Position numbers and translations under genes: made by a program
The notes under the pieces: generated by a model
Database searches by the model: none
The model's input: only the letters and a program-made list of their open reading frames with translations
Told to the model about the DNA's origin: nothing
Part shown: piece after piece, positions 13,279 to 25,499 of the stretch
Position numbering within the stretch: the first letter of the stretch is position 1
How the letters are laid out: every line of letters begins with the position of its first letter
Source: Octopus sinensis
Taxonomy: Eukaryota
Direction of reading: 5' to 3'
Assembly: GCF_006345805.1 (NCBI RefSeq)
Contig: NC_043001.1
Location: forward strand, 72,106,001-72,170,000
DNA length: 64,000 nucleotides

Positions 13279-13569
13279 AAAACAATTGCAGCGTGGAAGG
13301 TGTTTATAAGCCATTTAAGAAACACACAAAAACCGTTAAATTCACTTCAACATTTAAATTTGATTTGTCAAAATATTTTTGTCGCTTTGAGACCGTGACC
13401 TGTTCACTGACAAAACTTGGTGCTGCACAAAGTTTTGTCAGTGAACAGGTCACGGTCTCAAAGCAACAAAAATATTTTGACAAATCAAATTTAAATGTTG
13501 AAGTGAATCTAACGGTTTTTGTGTGTTTCTTAAATGGCTTATAAACACCTTCCATGCTGCAATTGTTTT
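13279..13569. repeat. Near-perfect palindrome, 144-bp arms, 3-nt loop; probable Penelope-like terminal repeat foldback
   Basis: 13279-13422 is the reverse complement of 13426-13569 with a few mismatches; ORFs 13266(+) and 13304(-) give almost the same peptide. Confidence 0.88.
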
Positions 13570-14169
13570 TGTTATATATACATATATATATATAATATAT
13601 CATTAATAATCAACATATGTTACACAGTGACTCATGGGTTGAATTTCATATGTTGCCAATGCAAAAATCTCTCAGTACTTGAGTCCCTCTGTAACTTCTA
13701 CTGATAATTAATATATATTTATATACACTCATATTTTGAGTTCGGTTTTCGTGTTTATACCATCAAACACACACACACACATATCATTTAACTTGTTTTG
13801 GGCAAATGTTTCAGAATGCACTGTGAACAGCTCCTATTCTTCTTCTTGTCGGCTACCACCTGTTATTCCCATCTTCCTGTGTAATCCTATGGGATGGTTA
13901 TGCATGTAGAACTCCTTTCAGCTTCGGATGAATATAATAACAAAGATGACTTGTGGAGGGAGAGTTTTAGAATTTATTAATGCATTGTGATATATATGTT
14001 TCTGCATCTGACATGCTCATTTGTCAGGACATTTTCAGATTCATAGGATATTATTAAAGATTATTTATAATATCTAATAATGCATATTCATCCTAAGCTA
14101 TAAGAAGTTCCATGTTTGTGTGTGTATCCCTTAGAGGCTTTAAACACCTCTAACTTATACCTGCATATG

Positions 14170-14239
<70 letters not shown>

Positions 14240-14734
14240 CCATCTATGAGTCCATAAGTCAGGAAAAAAATGCACCTGTATATCTGTCAGTAGAATGGGT
14301 ATATTAGTTGAAGTGTAGAGTATTATATATATAAGGAGCAGTTGCCATATTTCATTCCATAACGTCTACCTCTGAAGAGAGCTGAGTTACATAATCAGAC
14401 TGTTACATAACACCCTGTTGAACCCCTATTGTGAAACTGATTAGTATGATCAGCCATGATTGATTAATACACACATACATCATCATCATCATCATCTTTT
14501 AACGTCTACTTTCCATGCTGGCATAGGTTGGACAGTATAACTGAGGACTGGCAAGCCAGGAGGCTGTGTCAGGCTCCATTCTGTTCTGGCAAGGTTTCTG
14601 CAACTGGTTGCCTTTCTTAATGCCAACCACTCCAAGAGTGTAGTGGGTGTTTTTTATGTACCACTGGTATGGGGGCCAGTCAGGTGGCATTGGCAACGAC
14701 CACGCTCAAATGGTGCTTTTTACATGCCACCGGT

Positions 14735-14780
<46 letters not shown>

Positions 14781-14784
<4 letters not shown>

Positions 14785-15842
14785 TGACCGCATACCGAAA
14801 AAACGAAGTCTGGTGGTTATCTGTGAACATCATGTTTCTGGATTATAAACATATAGAATATATATTCCATATATATTTTTGATATATATTTCACATCCTT
14901 CTTCAGCACAGCTTTCCATTGAAAAAGATTTATCATAGATTTATCAAATGCTACGTACCTCAAACCTTCTGACCATGCGACATCAAAATATTTGAAGAAA
15001 GTGAGCAAAAGCTAAACCTACATAGATGTTTGAATTCGTAAATCTTCCCTCCAAAATTTTGCCATGCGCACTACAAAAATAGTTCCATAAGATGGGGAAC
15101 TATTAGGTTGTCATAAGGGAGTGAAAAATCCAAATAGTAATATAATAATAAGAGTAAATAATTTCTATAAAGGCTTTTAAAAAAAACCCAATTATTTACT
15201 GGTAGAATTCGGTATGTAAATATAGCCGATTACCGGCAGGAACTTCTGTAAAGTTCAGTATATATATTGTATATAAGAAAAAGGGACAGGCAAACAGGTT
15301 GCCTGACCGCATACCGAAAAAATAGAAATAGCAGTCAAGAATGCTTATTTCTATCAAAGTTGGACTCCGGGCATGACAAACCCTGTAATTCACATATGCA
15401 AAACAGAAGGAATAGATAACGGAAACGAAGTCTGGTGGTTATCTGTGAACATCATGTTTCTGGATTATAAACATATAGAATATATATTCCATATATATTT
15501 TTGATATATATTTCATATACATTGCATATATATTTCACATCCTTCTTCAGCACAGCTTTCCATTGAAAAAGATTTATCATAGATTTATCAAATGCTACGT
15601 ACCTCAAACCTTCTGACCATGCGACATCAAAATATTTGAAGAAAGTGAGCAAAAGCTAAACCTACATAGACGTTTGAATTCGTAAATCTTCCCTCCAAAA
15701 TTATTTACACTCATGGAATTTACACTCATGAAATTATTTACTCTTATTATTATATTACTATTTGGATTTTTCACTCCCTTATGACAACCTAATAGTTCCC
15801 CATCTTATGGAACTATTTTTGTAGTGCGCATGGCAAAATTTT
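14781..15842. repeat. Complex recent duplication/inversion block inside a (TA)n tract
   Basis: Direct repeats 14781-14803/15300-15322 and 14801-15058/15423-15702; inverted repeat 15053-15165/15730-15842. Confidence 0.9.
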
Positions 15843-16199
15843 ATATATATGTATATATGTATATATATATATGTATATATGTGTGTATGTGTGTGTGTGT
15901 AGAGAGAGAGACAGACAGACAGACAGATCACAGATTTCGTGTATCTAACCTACAAATTCCTTAGTTTTCTTTTTCATGATAATAATGATTCTTTCAGATT
16001 TTGGGACAAGGCCAGCAATTGTTTTAGAGGGGGGTAGTTAGTCAATTATATTTGACTCCAGTGCTCAACTGGTATTTATTTTATTGATCCCAAAAGGATG
16101 GTAGGCAGAATTTGAACTCTGAACATAAAGAACTGACAGTAGTAAAGTTTGAACCTTTGAATTTACAATGTCTTGATTAGTTTAACTTATTAACTACAG

Positions 16200-16304
16200 G
16201 TGAAAGAAAATCGTTTGAAGCGAGAAAATGACATTAATCAAAAAAGACAAGAGCAGCAGATGAAAAAAGAAGCTCACTTGAAAGCTTACCAAAGAATTAT
16301 GAAG
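16200..16304 (+). CDS. CCDC191: CCDC191 exon 5, VKENRLKRE...AYQRIMK
   Basis: CTACAG acceptor, GTAAGT donor; 105 nt, phase 0 to 0; VKENRL identical to human. Confidence 0.92.
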
Positions 16305-16398
16305 GTAAGTAGGACATATTAGCTTCTTGTATGTGTGTGTTTGTGTGTGTATTTGTATGTATATATGTGTGTATATGTGTATGTATTTACATATATAT

Positions 16399-17376
16399 CA
16401 TCATCATCATCGTTTAGCGTCTGCTTTCCATGCTAGCACGGGTTGGACGGTTCAACTGGGGTCTGGGAAGCCAGAAGGCTGCACCAGGCCCAGTCTGATC
16501 TGGCAATGTTTCTATGGCTGGATGCCCTTCCTAACGCCAACCACTCCATGAGTGTAGTGGGTGCTTTTTACGTGCCACTGGCACAGGTGCCAGACGAGTC
16601 TGGCAAACTGCCACGATTGTATGGTGCTTTTTACGTACCACTGGCACGGGGGCCAAGCGAGGCTGGCAATGGCCACAAACAGATGGTGCTTTTTACGTGC
16701 CACTGGCATGAGGCCAGTCGGGGCGGCACTGGCAACGGCCACGTTCGGATGGTTCTCTTACGTGCCACCGGCACTGGTATCTCAACTGCAATTTCCATTG
16801 ATCGATTTCGATTCTCACTTGCCTCAACAGGTCTTCACAAGTAGAGTTTTGTGTCCCAAGAAGGGAAGGTATGCATAAGTGGACTGGCTACATCCCGTGT
16901 AGAGGCCACGGGTTATGGTCTCACTTGTCCTGCCGGATCTTCTCACGCACAGCATACTTCCAGAGGTCTCGGCCTCTAGTCATTTCCTCAGTGAGACCTA
17001 AAGTTCAAAGGTTGTGCTTCACCACCTCGTCCCAGGTTTTCCTGCGTCTGCCTCTTCCACAGGTTCCCTCAACCGCTAGGGTGTGGCACTTTTTCACACA
17101 ACTATCTTCATCCATTCTCGCCACATGACCATACCAGCGCAAACGTCTCTCTTGCACACCACATCTGATGCTTCTTAGGTCCAGCTTTTCTTTCAAGGTA
17201 CTTACACTCTGTCGAGTATGAACACTGACATTGCACATCCATCGGAGCATACTGGCTTCATTTCTTGTGAGCTTACGCATATCCTCAGCAGTCACGGCCC
17301 ATGTTTCACTGCCATGTAGCATGGCTGTTCGTACACACGCGTCATACAGTCTTCCTTTTACTCTGAGCGAGAGGCC
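16399..17376 (-). mobile_element. Young RTE LINE 3' portion
   Basis: ORF 17005 from GLSLRVKG onward is nearly identical to the ORF 31885 C-terminus; (CAT)n at 16399. Confidence 0.93.
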
Positions 17377-17378
17377 TA

Positions 17379-17764
17379 TCTTCTCTCTATATATAAACGG
17401 CAGTTTGTCTCTGTGTGTTTCTGTGTGTCTGTTTGGTTGTACCCTCACCCTGACCACGGCTTTCAACCGATTCTGATGAAACTTGACACACACATAGCCC
17501 AATGTCATAATTCAAAACTAACGCAGCGAAAATTTTGAAAAGTTCCCCCAGTTCTGAAAAAAATCGATAAATTCGACATGGGGTCAAGAATCAGAAACAC
17601 AAACCACAGACTGTCTAGGGGACGCAACTCGACCTTTTTAACTCTAAAAAAAAATCTACCATAATTTTTTTCCCATTTTTTTTGCTATTTTTTGGCTATA
17701 ACTCTAAAAATGCTTTATAGTTATTTCCCTTACAAACCCGAGCAACGCCGGGCGATACTGCTAG
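17379..17764 (+). mobile_element. Non-autonomous Helitron
   Basis: 5' TC, 3' CTAG, hairpin CCCGAGCAACGCCGGG at 17737-17752, inserted between A(17378) and T(17765), no TSD. Confidence 0.8.
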
Positions 17765-17804
17765 TATATATATATATATTATATATATATATATAATATA
17801 TATG

Positions 17805-17857
<53 letters not shown>

Positions 17858-17860
<3 letters not shown>

Positions 17861-18895
17861 TGAACCACAAAAGAAATGTTGCATACATACTAAATGGAAA
17901 CCAGTTTATTAGCAGACTGCCATAGCATTGATTGAAGAGAGCTAATTTAGAAAGCGTTCTTTCCCAATGATAAAACATCATTTCCCAAAACATGTTTGAC
18001 GTCATGGTCTCACAGAGTGCCCTAAATCCAAAGATATGAACTCAATATCCCATGTTACCACCATTAATGTTGATTACTGCCAAGCATATTCTGTACATTG
18101 AATGCACCAAATGATTGATGAAGGCCATGGGGATAGCTGCCCATACTCTTAAAACTTACAGGGAGTTGTGCTGCAGTTGTCGCCCTTGGATGGATGTCAT
18201 TTAGCCTTTTTTGGGATTTCGTCCCACAGGTGCTCTATGGGGTGTAAGTCTGGACTTAGGGCAGGTCATGGCAGTGTCTGGATGTTGTGCTGTTGGAGGA
18301 AGTCAGTTGTCAACCTGGCAGTATGGACATGGACATTGTCATGTTAGAACACATGATTCCAATGATGAGCAACGTATGGCACAGTGTGAGGCATCAACAC
18401 TTGGTTTAATGTAGCAAGCTGTGGTTACTCCATTGCCCCGGCCTTAAACTATGTTTTGGTAGACCACTGGTTCAAATTTCTGGTTGAGTGCAATCCTGCC
18501 CCATAGCATGATGCTCTGTCCTCCTTATGAGCCTCTCTCCATCACACATCCATCAGCATGACATTCACCCTTTCTCCAAACCCTAGTGCTGCCATTGTCA
18601 CAGAAATGCAATATCAACTGTCATCAGAGAAGACTACAGTCCTCCACTGCTATTCGCCAGTTCTGACATTTTCAAGCCCACTGCAGACATGCCCGTTGAT
18701 GATGATCTGTGAGGATGAGGACATTAGTAAGACAGATTGAAAGATCTCAGCTGGTGGCGAACTCTCTCTACCCAAATGGGTCTATGGTGAGTCCATGTGG
18801 TCTGCCTAGCTGATTCCATTGTCCTCTGGAATCAGTCCTGCAAGTGCTGTCAGTGCAGGTGGTGATCTTGATGGCCATTTGGTCTACATCACAGT
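17858..18895 (-). mobile_element. Degenerate Tc1 (DD34E) transposon, one end missing
   Basis: Minus strand reads WRTVVFSDDS and HDNVHVHTARLTTDFLQQHNIQTLP*PALSPDLHPIEHLW, with 34 residues between D and E. Confidence 0.82.
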
Positions 18896-18919
18896 ACATA
18901 TACACACCTGAACACATAA

Positions 18920-19274
18920 GCACATGGCTCCAGTTTCAGTTCCACTGTGTGGCACCTTGGACAAGTGTCTTCTACTATAGCCTGAGGCCAACCAAAGCCT
19001 TATGAGTGGATTTGGTAGATGGAAACTGAAAGAAGCCTGTCATATATGTGTGTGTGTGTGTGTGTCTTTGTGTCTGTGTTTGTCCCTCCATCACCGTTTG
19101 ACAACCAGTTTTGGTGTGTTTACATCCCTGTAACTTAGTGATTCGGCAAAAGAAACCAATAAAATAAGTACTAGGCTTAAAAATTAAGTCTTGGGGGGTC
19201 GAGTTGTTCAATTAAAATCCTTCATGGTGGTGCTCCAACATGGCCACAGTCAAATGACTGAAAGAAGTAAAAGT
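18920..19274 (+). mobile_element. SINE family A (CORE-like, internal (TG)n), tail type 1
   Basis: GGCACCTTGGACAAGTGTCTT core, GGATTTGGTAGATGGAAACTGAAAGAAGC, (TG)n, tail ending GACTGAAAGAAGTAAAAG. Confidence 0.8.
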
Positions 19275-19415
19275 ATAAAAGAATACTTCATACTCATAGT
19301 ATTTATGAAGATACATACGTGTGCAGACATATTCGCATATGTGTTTACATACCATGACTGAGTGTGCATATACAGTATGTAAACACTCCTTTGTATGTAA
19401 GCATGCACATATACG

Positions 19416-19611
19416 CTTTTACTTGTTTCAGTCATTTGACTGTGGCCATGCTGGAGCACCGCCTTTAGTCGAGCAAATCGACCCAAGGACTTATTCTTTG
19501 TAAGCCTAGTACTTATTCTATCGGTTTCTTTTGCTGAACCATTAAGTTATGGGGACGTAAGCACATCAGCATCGGTTGTCAAGCGATGTTTGGGGGACAA
19601 ACACAGACACA

Positions 19612-19653
<42 letters not shown>

Positions 19654-19825
19654 CATATATACGATGGGCTTCTTTCAGTTTCCATCTACCAAATCCACTC
19701 TCAAGGCTTTGGTCAGCCTGAGGCTACAGTAGAAAACACTTGCCCAAGATGCCACGCAGTGGGACTGAACCCAGAACCATGTGGTTGGTAAGCAAGCTAC
19801 TTACCACAGCCTCTCCTATGCCTGT
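19416..19825 (-). mobile_element. SINE family A, full length, inverted relative to the copy at 18920
   Basis: Reverse complement of the same head, core, (TG)n and tail; further (-) copies at about 33485, 43185, 49290, 57610, 60655. Confidence 0.82.
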
Positions 19826-20676
19826 ATATGTCTGAGTACTCTTTAGTGTTTGAACCAGCCATATCTGGCCCAAATATTCTACCTGTTTTATGTTCAAAGC
19901 AGCAGTCTTGAAGCTACAAGAAAATGCATGATTAATTCAAGCAATATAAATAAGCTTTATATTTGATAGAGTAATCTAAATGCTAAAAACTGAACTTCTC
20001 ATTACTTGGCGTAAAGCCACCTCTCTCAAAACTACTCCTCACTCAGTTAAAGATTCTTATCTTGTGAGTTACTTAGTGAACCCATTAGTGCCACTGTCAT
20101 ATTAAATGACGATGACATGTGAGCTGTATTGTAGGACCATGTAGTTAAGAAGTTCATTTCCCAATCATCTGATTCTGGGTTCAGTCTCACTGCATGATAC
20201 TTTAGCCAAATGTCTTTTATTGTAACTTTGATTTAATCCAGACCATATAAATGTAAAGGGGTGGATTGAAAGTGTATAAAAACCCATTCAATAGATTTTA
20301 TACTTTCTTAGTATAAAAGTCACTCAACTTATTAGCATGAAATTGTTGGACTAGATCCGGGAAGTTAAATAAGTTATTCCAAAATTAATTCATAACAGGA
20401 TTAGCCAAGAGAAAATGGAGTTTGGCCTTGTGTCAGGAAGAGGTTATATATTAGTATAAAAGTCACTCAACTTATTAGCATGAAATCTCTTTCAGAAAGA
20501 GAGACTCCAGCCTTTGAGCTATAGTTGTGCTGTCTCGTCTGTCTTTTCAACCACTACTATAATGGCCTCTACTCCTCAAATCTTGCTTGTAATGGTGGGG
20601 GTGGGGGTATTATTGCATGGTGATTACCATTTGAAAGTTCATGTCTTTTTAAACTTTCATTGCTATGATATTTCAG

Positions 20677-20795
20677 GAAGAGAGATTAAAAGCAATAAAG
20701 CACCAACAAGAAGAGCGAGAGATTCAAAAACAGATGGCAGCTATACGAAGACAGATGCTGGCAGAGAAAAAGGAACAGAAAGGAAAGAAACAAGA
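20677..20795 (+). CDS. CCDC191: CCDC191 exon 6, EERLKAIKHQQEEREIQKQM...
   Basis: TTTCAG acceptor, GTTTGT donor; phase 0 to 2; coiled-coil, EEREIQKQM resembles human EEEEIQREM. Confidence 0.85.
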
Positions 20796-20842
20796 GTTTG
20801 TATTTTTTATACATTTTATATATTCTTAATCATAAAGTGCAG

Positions 20843-21275
20843 GCATGGTTGTGTGGTTTAGAGGTTTGTTTCCCAAACACATGTTTTTGGTTTCAGTCCC
20901 AGCACATAACATCTTGGCCCTTGTATCCTCTACTATAGCTCCAGAATGACCAAAGCCTTGTGAGTGGATTTCATTGATAGAACCTGAAAGAAGTTCATCG
21001 TGTGTCTGTGTTGTGTGTGAGCGTGTGTGTGTGTGTGTGTATGTATGTTAGTGTTTCCTTGTCTTTGCATAACACAATAATTGTAAATAAGTTTTGCTGT
21101 CATACAAGCAGTATCCATTGTTTCCAGTCTTCCATGAAATCACAGCTGGTCAAGGGAAAATATTACCTTACTTGGAAAACGGTGGTGGGGTGGGGGTTGA
21201 CAGGAAGGGTATCCGGCTGTAGAAATTCCATCTCACCCATGCAAGCATGGAAAAGTGGATGTTAAAGCAATGATG
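20843..21275 (+). mobile_element. SINE family A with RTE-derived tail (tail type 2); similar at about 23850, 25118, 49563
   Basis: Same head/core, then GACAGGAAGGGTATCCGGCTGTAGAAA..CCCATGCAAGCATGGAAAAGTGGATGTTAAA..ATGATGAT, matching the RTE 3' end at about 33350-33480. Confidence 0.75.
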
Positions 21276-21504
21276 ATAATGATTATTTTTTTGGCCCAAA
21301 GTAAATAACTACTTCTCTTAGGGTTTAGCTCTGTCAAATCCTACAAGCTCATTGAGCTACACCTGATTCTAGTTTCTGTAGCATATAACTAGGCAGATGT
21401 ACAATATGGCCCCCCTTTCATGTTGGAACACCATTCCATCCCAGACTTAACTCTCAGCTGATGCTTGTAATTCAGTTGAGTGAACTGGAGCCATAAGCAT
21501 CACA

Positions 21505-21810
21505 TGGCTCCATACTGTGCCGGTTTTCTCTCTTACATCCTACATCTGACTTCCCTTTTCTCTCTGATGATTTGCATTCACCCATTCATGCACACTAACA
21601 TTGCACATCTAGCAGAGCATGCTTGCTTCATTTATTTTGATTATTCATAAATCCTCTGCATTCAATACCTACATCTTGCTTTCATTTCAGCATCACACTT
21701 CATACACAAACATTATACAATTTACCATTTACTCTGAGAGAGAAATTCTTTGTTACCAACAGACGGAACTGTCCCCAGAACCCTTTTCCAATCTGTTCTT
21801 ACTCCAGTTA
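21505..21810 (-). mobile_element. Old RTE LINE fragment
   Basis: Degenerate reverse-complement match to the EASMLRWMCNVSVH region. Confidence 0.55.
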
Positions 21811-22744
21811 CAATACTGCCCTTACTAATTAGATTATTCAGCTAACAAAAGTTGTTAAGTCATTCTGAGAGAGTCTTTCTAGCATGCGAAAGGATCTATT
21901 TCACGTGTAGTCTTCTTGCTGTTTGCTATCGTGCATCCGCTACATACAAACCCCACTTTCTCTGTCAGCCTGCCTGTGATACACTACATTTCTTGTGTAT
22001 TTGTTGTTTACATTAAGTACATTGTATGGAATTTCTCTCTGTTCCTTCTCTGTGAATCTGTGAATAAATTTTAAGTAATCATTTCAAAAATTTTAAACTC
22101 TCAATAATATTTGAAATGTGTTATGTAAACTTACATTGCTGTTTAAGCATTTTTTTATATGCATTGCTGTGGACACATTACTGTATATACATTGTTATGT
22201 AAACATTGCTGTGTTGTGTAAACAGGAGTGTGCAGTTGAGTTGAAAACATGTTCTACTGATTATGTAAATGAAGCAGCTGTAAGATATTTATTGAGGCAA
22301 ACATTCAAAAGAGCAGTTTACTATTGCCTTCTCCAGGATGATATGAAATCTAAAGAATATTCCCAGACCTGGTACAAATTCTAGCTTGAGGTAATGTAAC
22401 TTTAAGTGGCCTGCTTAAAAATACTATGGAATATCTATAACAGATTTGAACTCAAAACATATGAGCTGGCACCTCAATACTATTATCATCTCTACATACA
22501 ACATAGAAGCTTTATTTTAAATGCTGGGAAGATGGTTAACATCAAAGTGTGTATAACCTGTGTGACCATTTTTAGTAAGTTCATATATTTTCTGTACGAA
22601 ACCAAAGTTCTTAATGTGTGTAATGTTAGGACTCTTCTAAATGTATTATTTAGTACATTACATGAATGCCTCCAAATCTATTCTTTCCCTTCTTCTGATC
22701 CAAGGGACCTTAACTCTAACCTCTAACTATCCAATTTCTCCCAG

Positions 22745-22907
22745 ACAAATCCAACTTACCAATGATTGTCCTCAGCAACCAGCAACTGAAATAACCCCAC
22801 ATAAGAATTTCTCCAGCATTGAACAATGCACCACAATGGCTAAGACAGAACAAAAAATGGCCAAGTATGAAGCTTTGAAAGTCAAACAGAAAGCTATCAA
22901 CATACAG
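22745..22907 (+). CDS. CCDC191: CCDC191 exon 7, QIQLTNDCPQQ...KQKAINIQ
   Basis: TCCCAG acceptor, GTATGA donor; phase 2 to 0 fits both neighbours; within ORF 22641..22913. Confidence 0.8.
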
Positions 22908-23139
22908 GTATGACATCTTTAATGCTAAATGATACAAAAGTAATCTGAAGGTGATGTAGGGATGAGAATAGCTTACTGTAATTAATTTCTATATTCTGAA
23001 CTCAAATCCTTCAATTTTTTTTTCCTCTGAAGTCAGTGGAACAAATATACTTCTTACAGAGCATCGTTGCTAGCATGGAAAGCTGTTATAATACAATGTT
23101 GATGATGATCTCTCTCTCTCTCTCTCTCTTTCACACACA

Positions 23140-23800
23140 CAGTTGGTGGGAACTTAGTATGCATGAACATTGGAGCCTCATTCAGGTCTTTGCATAATCA
23201 TCTACCATTCTTTTGGTTTACTTTTTGGCCCTGATTGAAGCTTTTCCCATTAGAGATAAACCCAAACATTCCAGCCTCTTAGTGATTTAACTTGTTTAGC
23301 AAGCACTTTGCATGGATAAAATAATTAATTCTTGTCACATCTGACATAAACTGACCCCCTCCACATCACATACGACTTATACTGGATATCCTCATGCACA
23401 ACTCTTCTGATGGTGCATTCTGAAACCTTGAAGTCCTCTGCAATGGCCTGGATTGACTTTCTGGAGATTTTTATCAAGTTTTTTTCTTGGAATTTTTTTA
23501 CAAAGTTATGTATTCTGATGGTACTAGGACTCTCTATATGCATTTTGCATTTAGCTGCTGATGTTGGATGTCTGACAGCAGCTCCCTGCTCCTTTCAAGC
23601 TTTGACAACAAAGGATTGGGTACCTTTCAGGAAGCAGGCTATCTCTGTATTATTATGCTGTGCTTTTAAGGTGATGATTACAGTGCACCTTTTCATTTGC
23701 TGAGTCAACCTGATTTCTGATATTATTTAGATTAAAAAAATAAGTTAGGAAAAAGTTAGAGCTCTTGAAAGAGGTATACTCAAAAAACTAATGCACCCTC
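23140..23800 (-). mobile_element. DD37D (maT-like) transposon, 5' half
   Basis: ORF 23325(-) reads TIRRVVHEDIQYKSYVM; TIR GAGGGTGCAT..GTTTTTTGAG followed by TA at 23801. Confidence 0.8.
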
Positions 23801-24231
23801 TATATTACATGTGTGTGTGTGTGCATGTGCGTGTGTGTGTGCGATATGTGCAGTGTGGCTGTGTAGTTAAGAAAACCTTGCTCCCCAATCATGTAGTCTT
23901 GGGTCAGTCCCACTGTGTGACACTTTGGGTGAGTGTCAACCATGCCAACCCATAGCCTTGTAAGTGGATTTGGTAGACAGAAACTGAAAGGAGCCCATCA
24001 TGTGTGTGTGTACTTTTGTCTCAACATAATGTCATCATAAATAAGAGCCATTCCTTTTCAATCTCCCATGTAAACATGTCCAGCTTTGAGGCCATGGAAG
24101 AATATTACGTTGCTTGAAAACAGGTGAAGGTTGGTGACAGGAGGTAGATTTGGCTGCAGAAAAATCTACCTTGTTGAATTCTGTCTGACCCATGCAAGTA
24201 TGGAAAAGTAGATGTTGAAATGGAGATGATA

Positions 24232-24340
24232 ATGATGATGATGATGGTGGCGGTGGTGGTGATGATGATGATGATGACGACGACGACGACAACGACGATA
24301 ATGATGATGGCGGTGGTGGAAGAGGAGGTGGAGGAGGATA
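24232..24340 (+). repeat. Mixed trinucleotide repeat (GAT/GGT/GAC/GAG)n
   Basis: Directly visible, just upstream of exon 8. Confidence 0.9.
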
Positions 24341-24366
24341 TATATATATGTATTTATATATTTCAG

Positions 24367-24557
24367 ATTTTACAACGACATTTTATGGCTTGGACAAGTG
24401 TCATATTACAGAAAAGGGTGAGATATGGAAAGGTTTCTGCTCTGGCTGACTGGAAGTTATTGCTACGTCATTGGAATGCATGGAAATCCTTGTCAATGCA
24501 GAATAAAATGGAGAAAGAATTGCAAGTTCACCAACAGAACATGAGAGAATGTCAAAG
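24367..24557 (+). CDS. CCDC191: CCDC191 exon 8, ILQRHFMAW...DWKLLLRHWNAWK...
   Basis: TTTCAG acceptor, GTGTGG donor; phase 0 to 2; Trp-repeat region matching human QKRYFAAW...DWK. Confidence 0.92.
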
Positions 24558-25499
24558 GTGTGGTTTTTATAATTACACTCAGAGAAAGATGTTGAGTTTA
24601 TTTAACATACAGTCTCAAAGGAGAAATTTTTCTCCCAAACAATATCCCACGGCAAGTGCTGTTCCACATTTGAATGTAGAAGAATGTGTTATAAAGACTA
24701 TTGACTACATCTTGGGAGCCTTTTCAAGAAATTGAGAGAAACTATTTCTTGGGAATATTCTATGCTAAATGCAACCTGCCACATTTGAAGGCTATCTTTG
24801 CTGTTAACCTGCCTGCAATCCTACTGCATCTCTTGTGTTACCATTGTTTACAATTGTTTACATCTACACACTCTATATGGAGCACAACTATTTCCCAGAT
24901 AACATCAGTGTCCTGTCTTCTCTTCTACTTTCATGTCTTTTATTTTGGCTAAGTTTTCTTCAAAATCCTTCCGTTCCAACTTTTGCTTCCATGTCTGTAG
25001 TTTTACTTCAAATCTTACATGGATCCTTTTATAAGAACAAGGTCATCGGCATACAGAAGTCCCCATGAACAACCAGTCTTAAACTCCTCTGTTATGATTT
25101 AAAAGTACATAATGAACAGGCATGGCTGTCTGCTTCCCAACCACATGGTTTCAGGTTCAGTTCCACTTCATGGTACCTTGGGCAAGTGTCTTTTACTATA
25201 GCCCCAAACTGACCAAACTTAGTGAGTGGATTCTGTAGATGGAAAGTGAAACTGATTGTTTATATGTGTATGTTACTGTGTCTTTGCCTTGACATATAAT
25301 AGCTGTATGCAAGTGTTATGGACAAAAATAAGCAGTGTCCTTGATTTTCAATCTTATGAGACATCTCTGGTTATGGGGAAATATTACCTAACTTGAAGAC
25401 AGGTGAGGGTTGGTGACAGGAAGGACATCTGGCTGCAGAAAACCTGCATCAACAAATTACATCTGGTCCATGCTAGTGTAGTAAAGTGGACATTAAAAC

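Noticed and set aside
13266-13603. Two near-identical proteins on opposite strands
   Set aside because: Artefact of the DNA palindrome
14817-15652. Duplicated small gene (MLTFFKYFDVAW...)
   Set aside because: Short ORFs inside the duplicated block, no recognisable domain, ending in AT-rich low-complexity sequence
22705-22744. Upstream acceptor for exon 7 (CCAAG|GG)
   Set aside because: Phase 1, does not match the phase-2 end of exon 6
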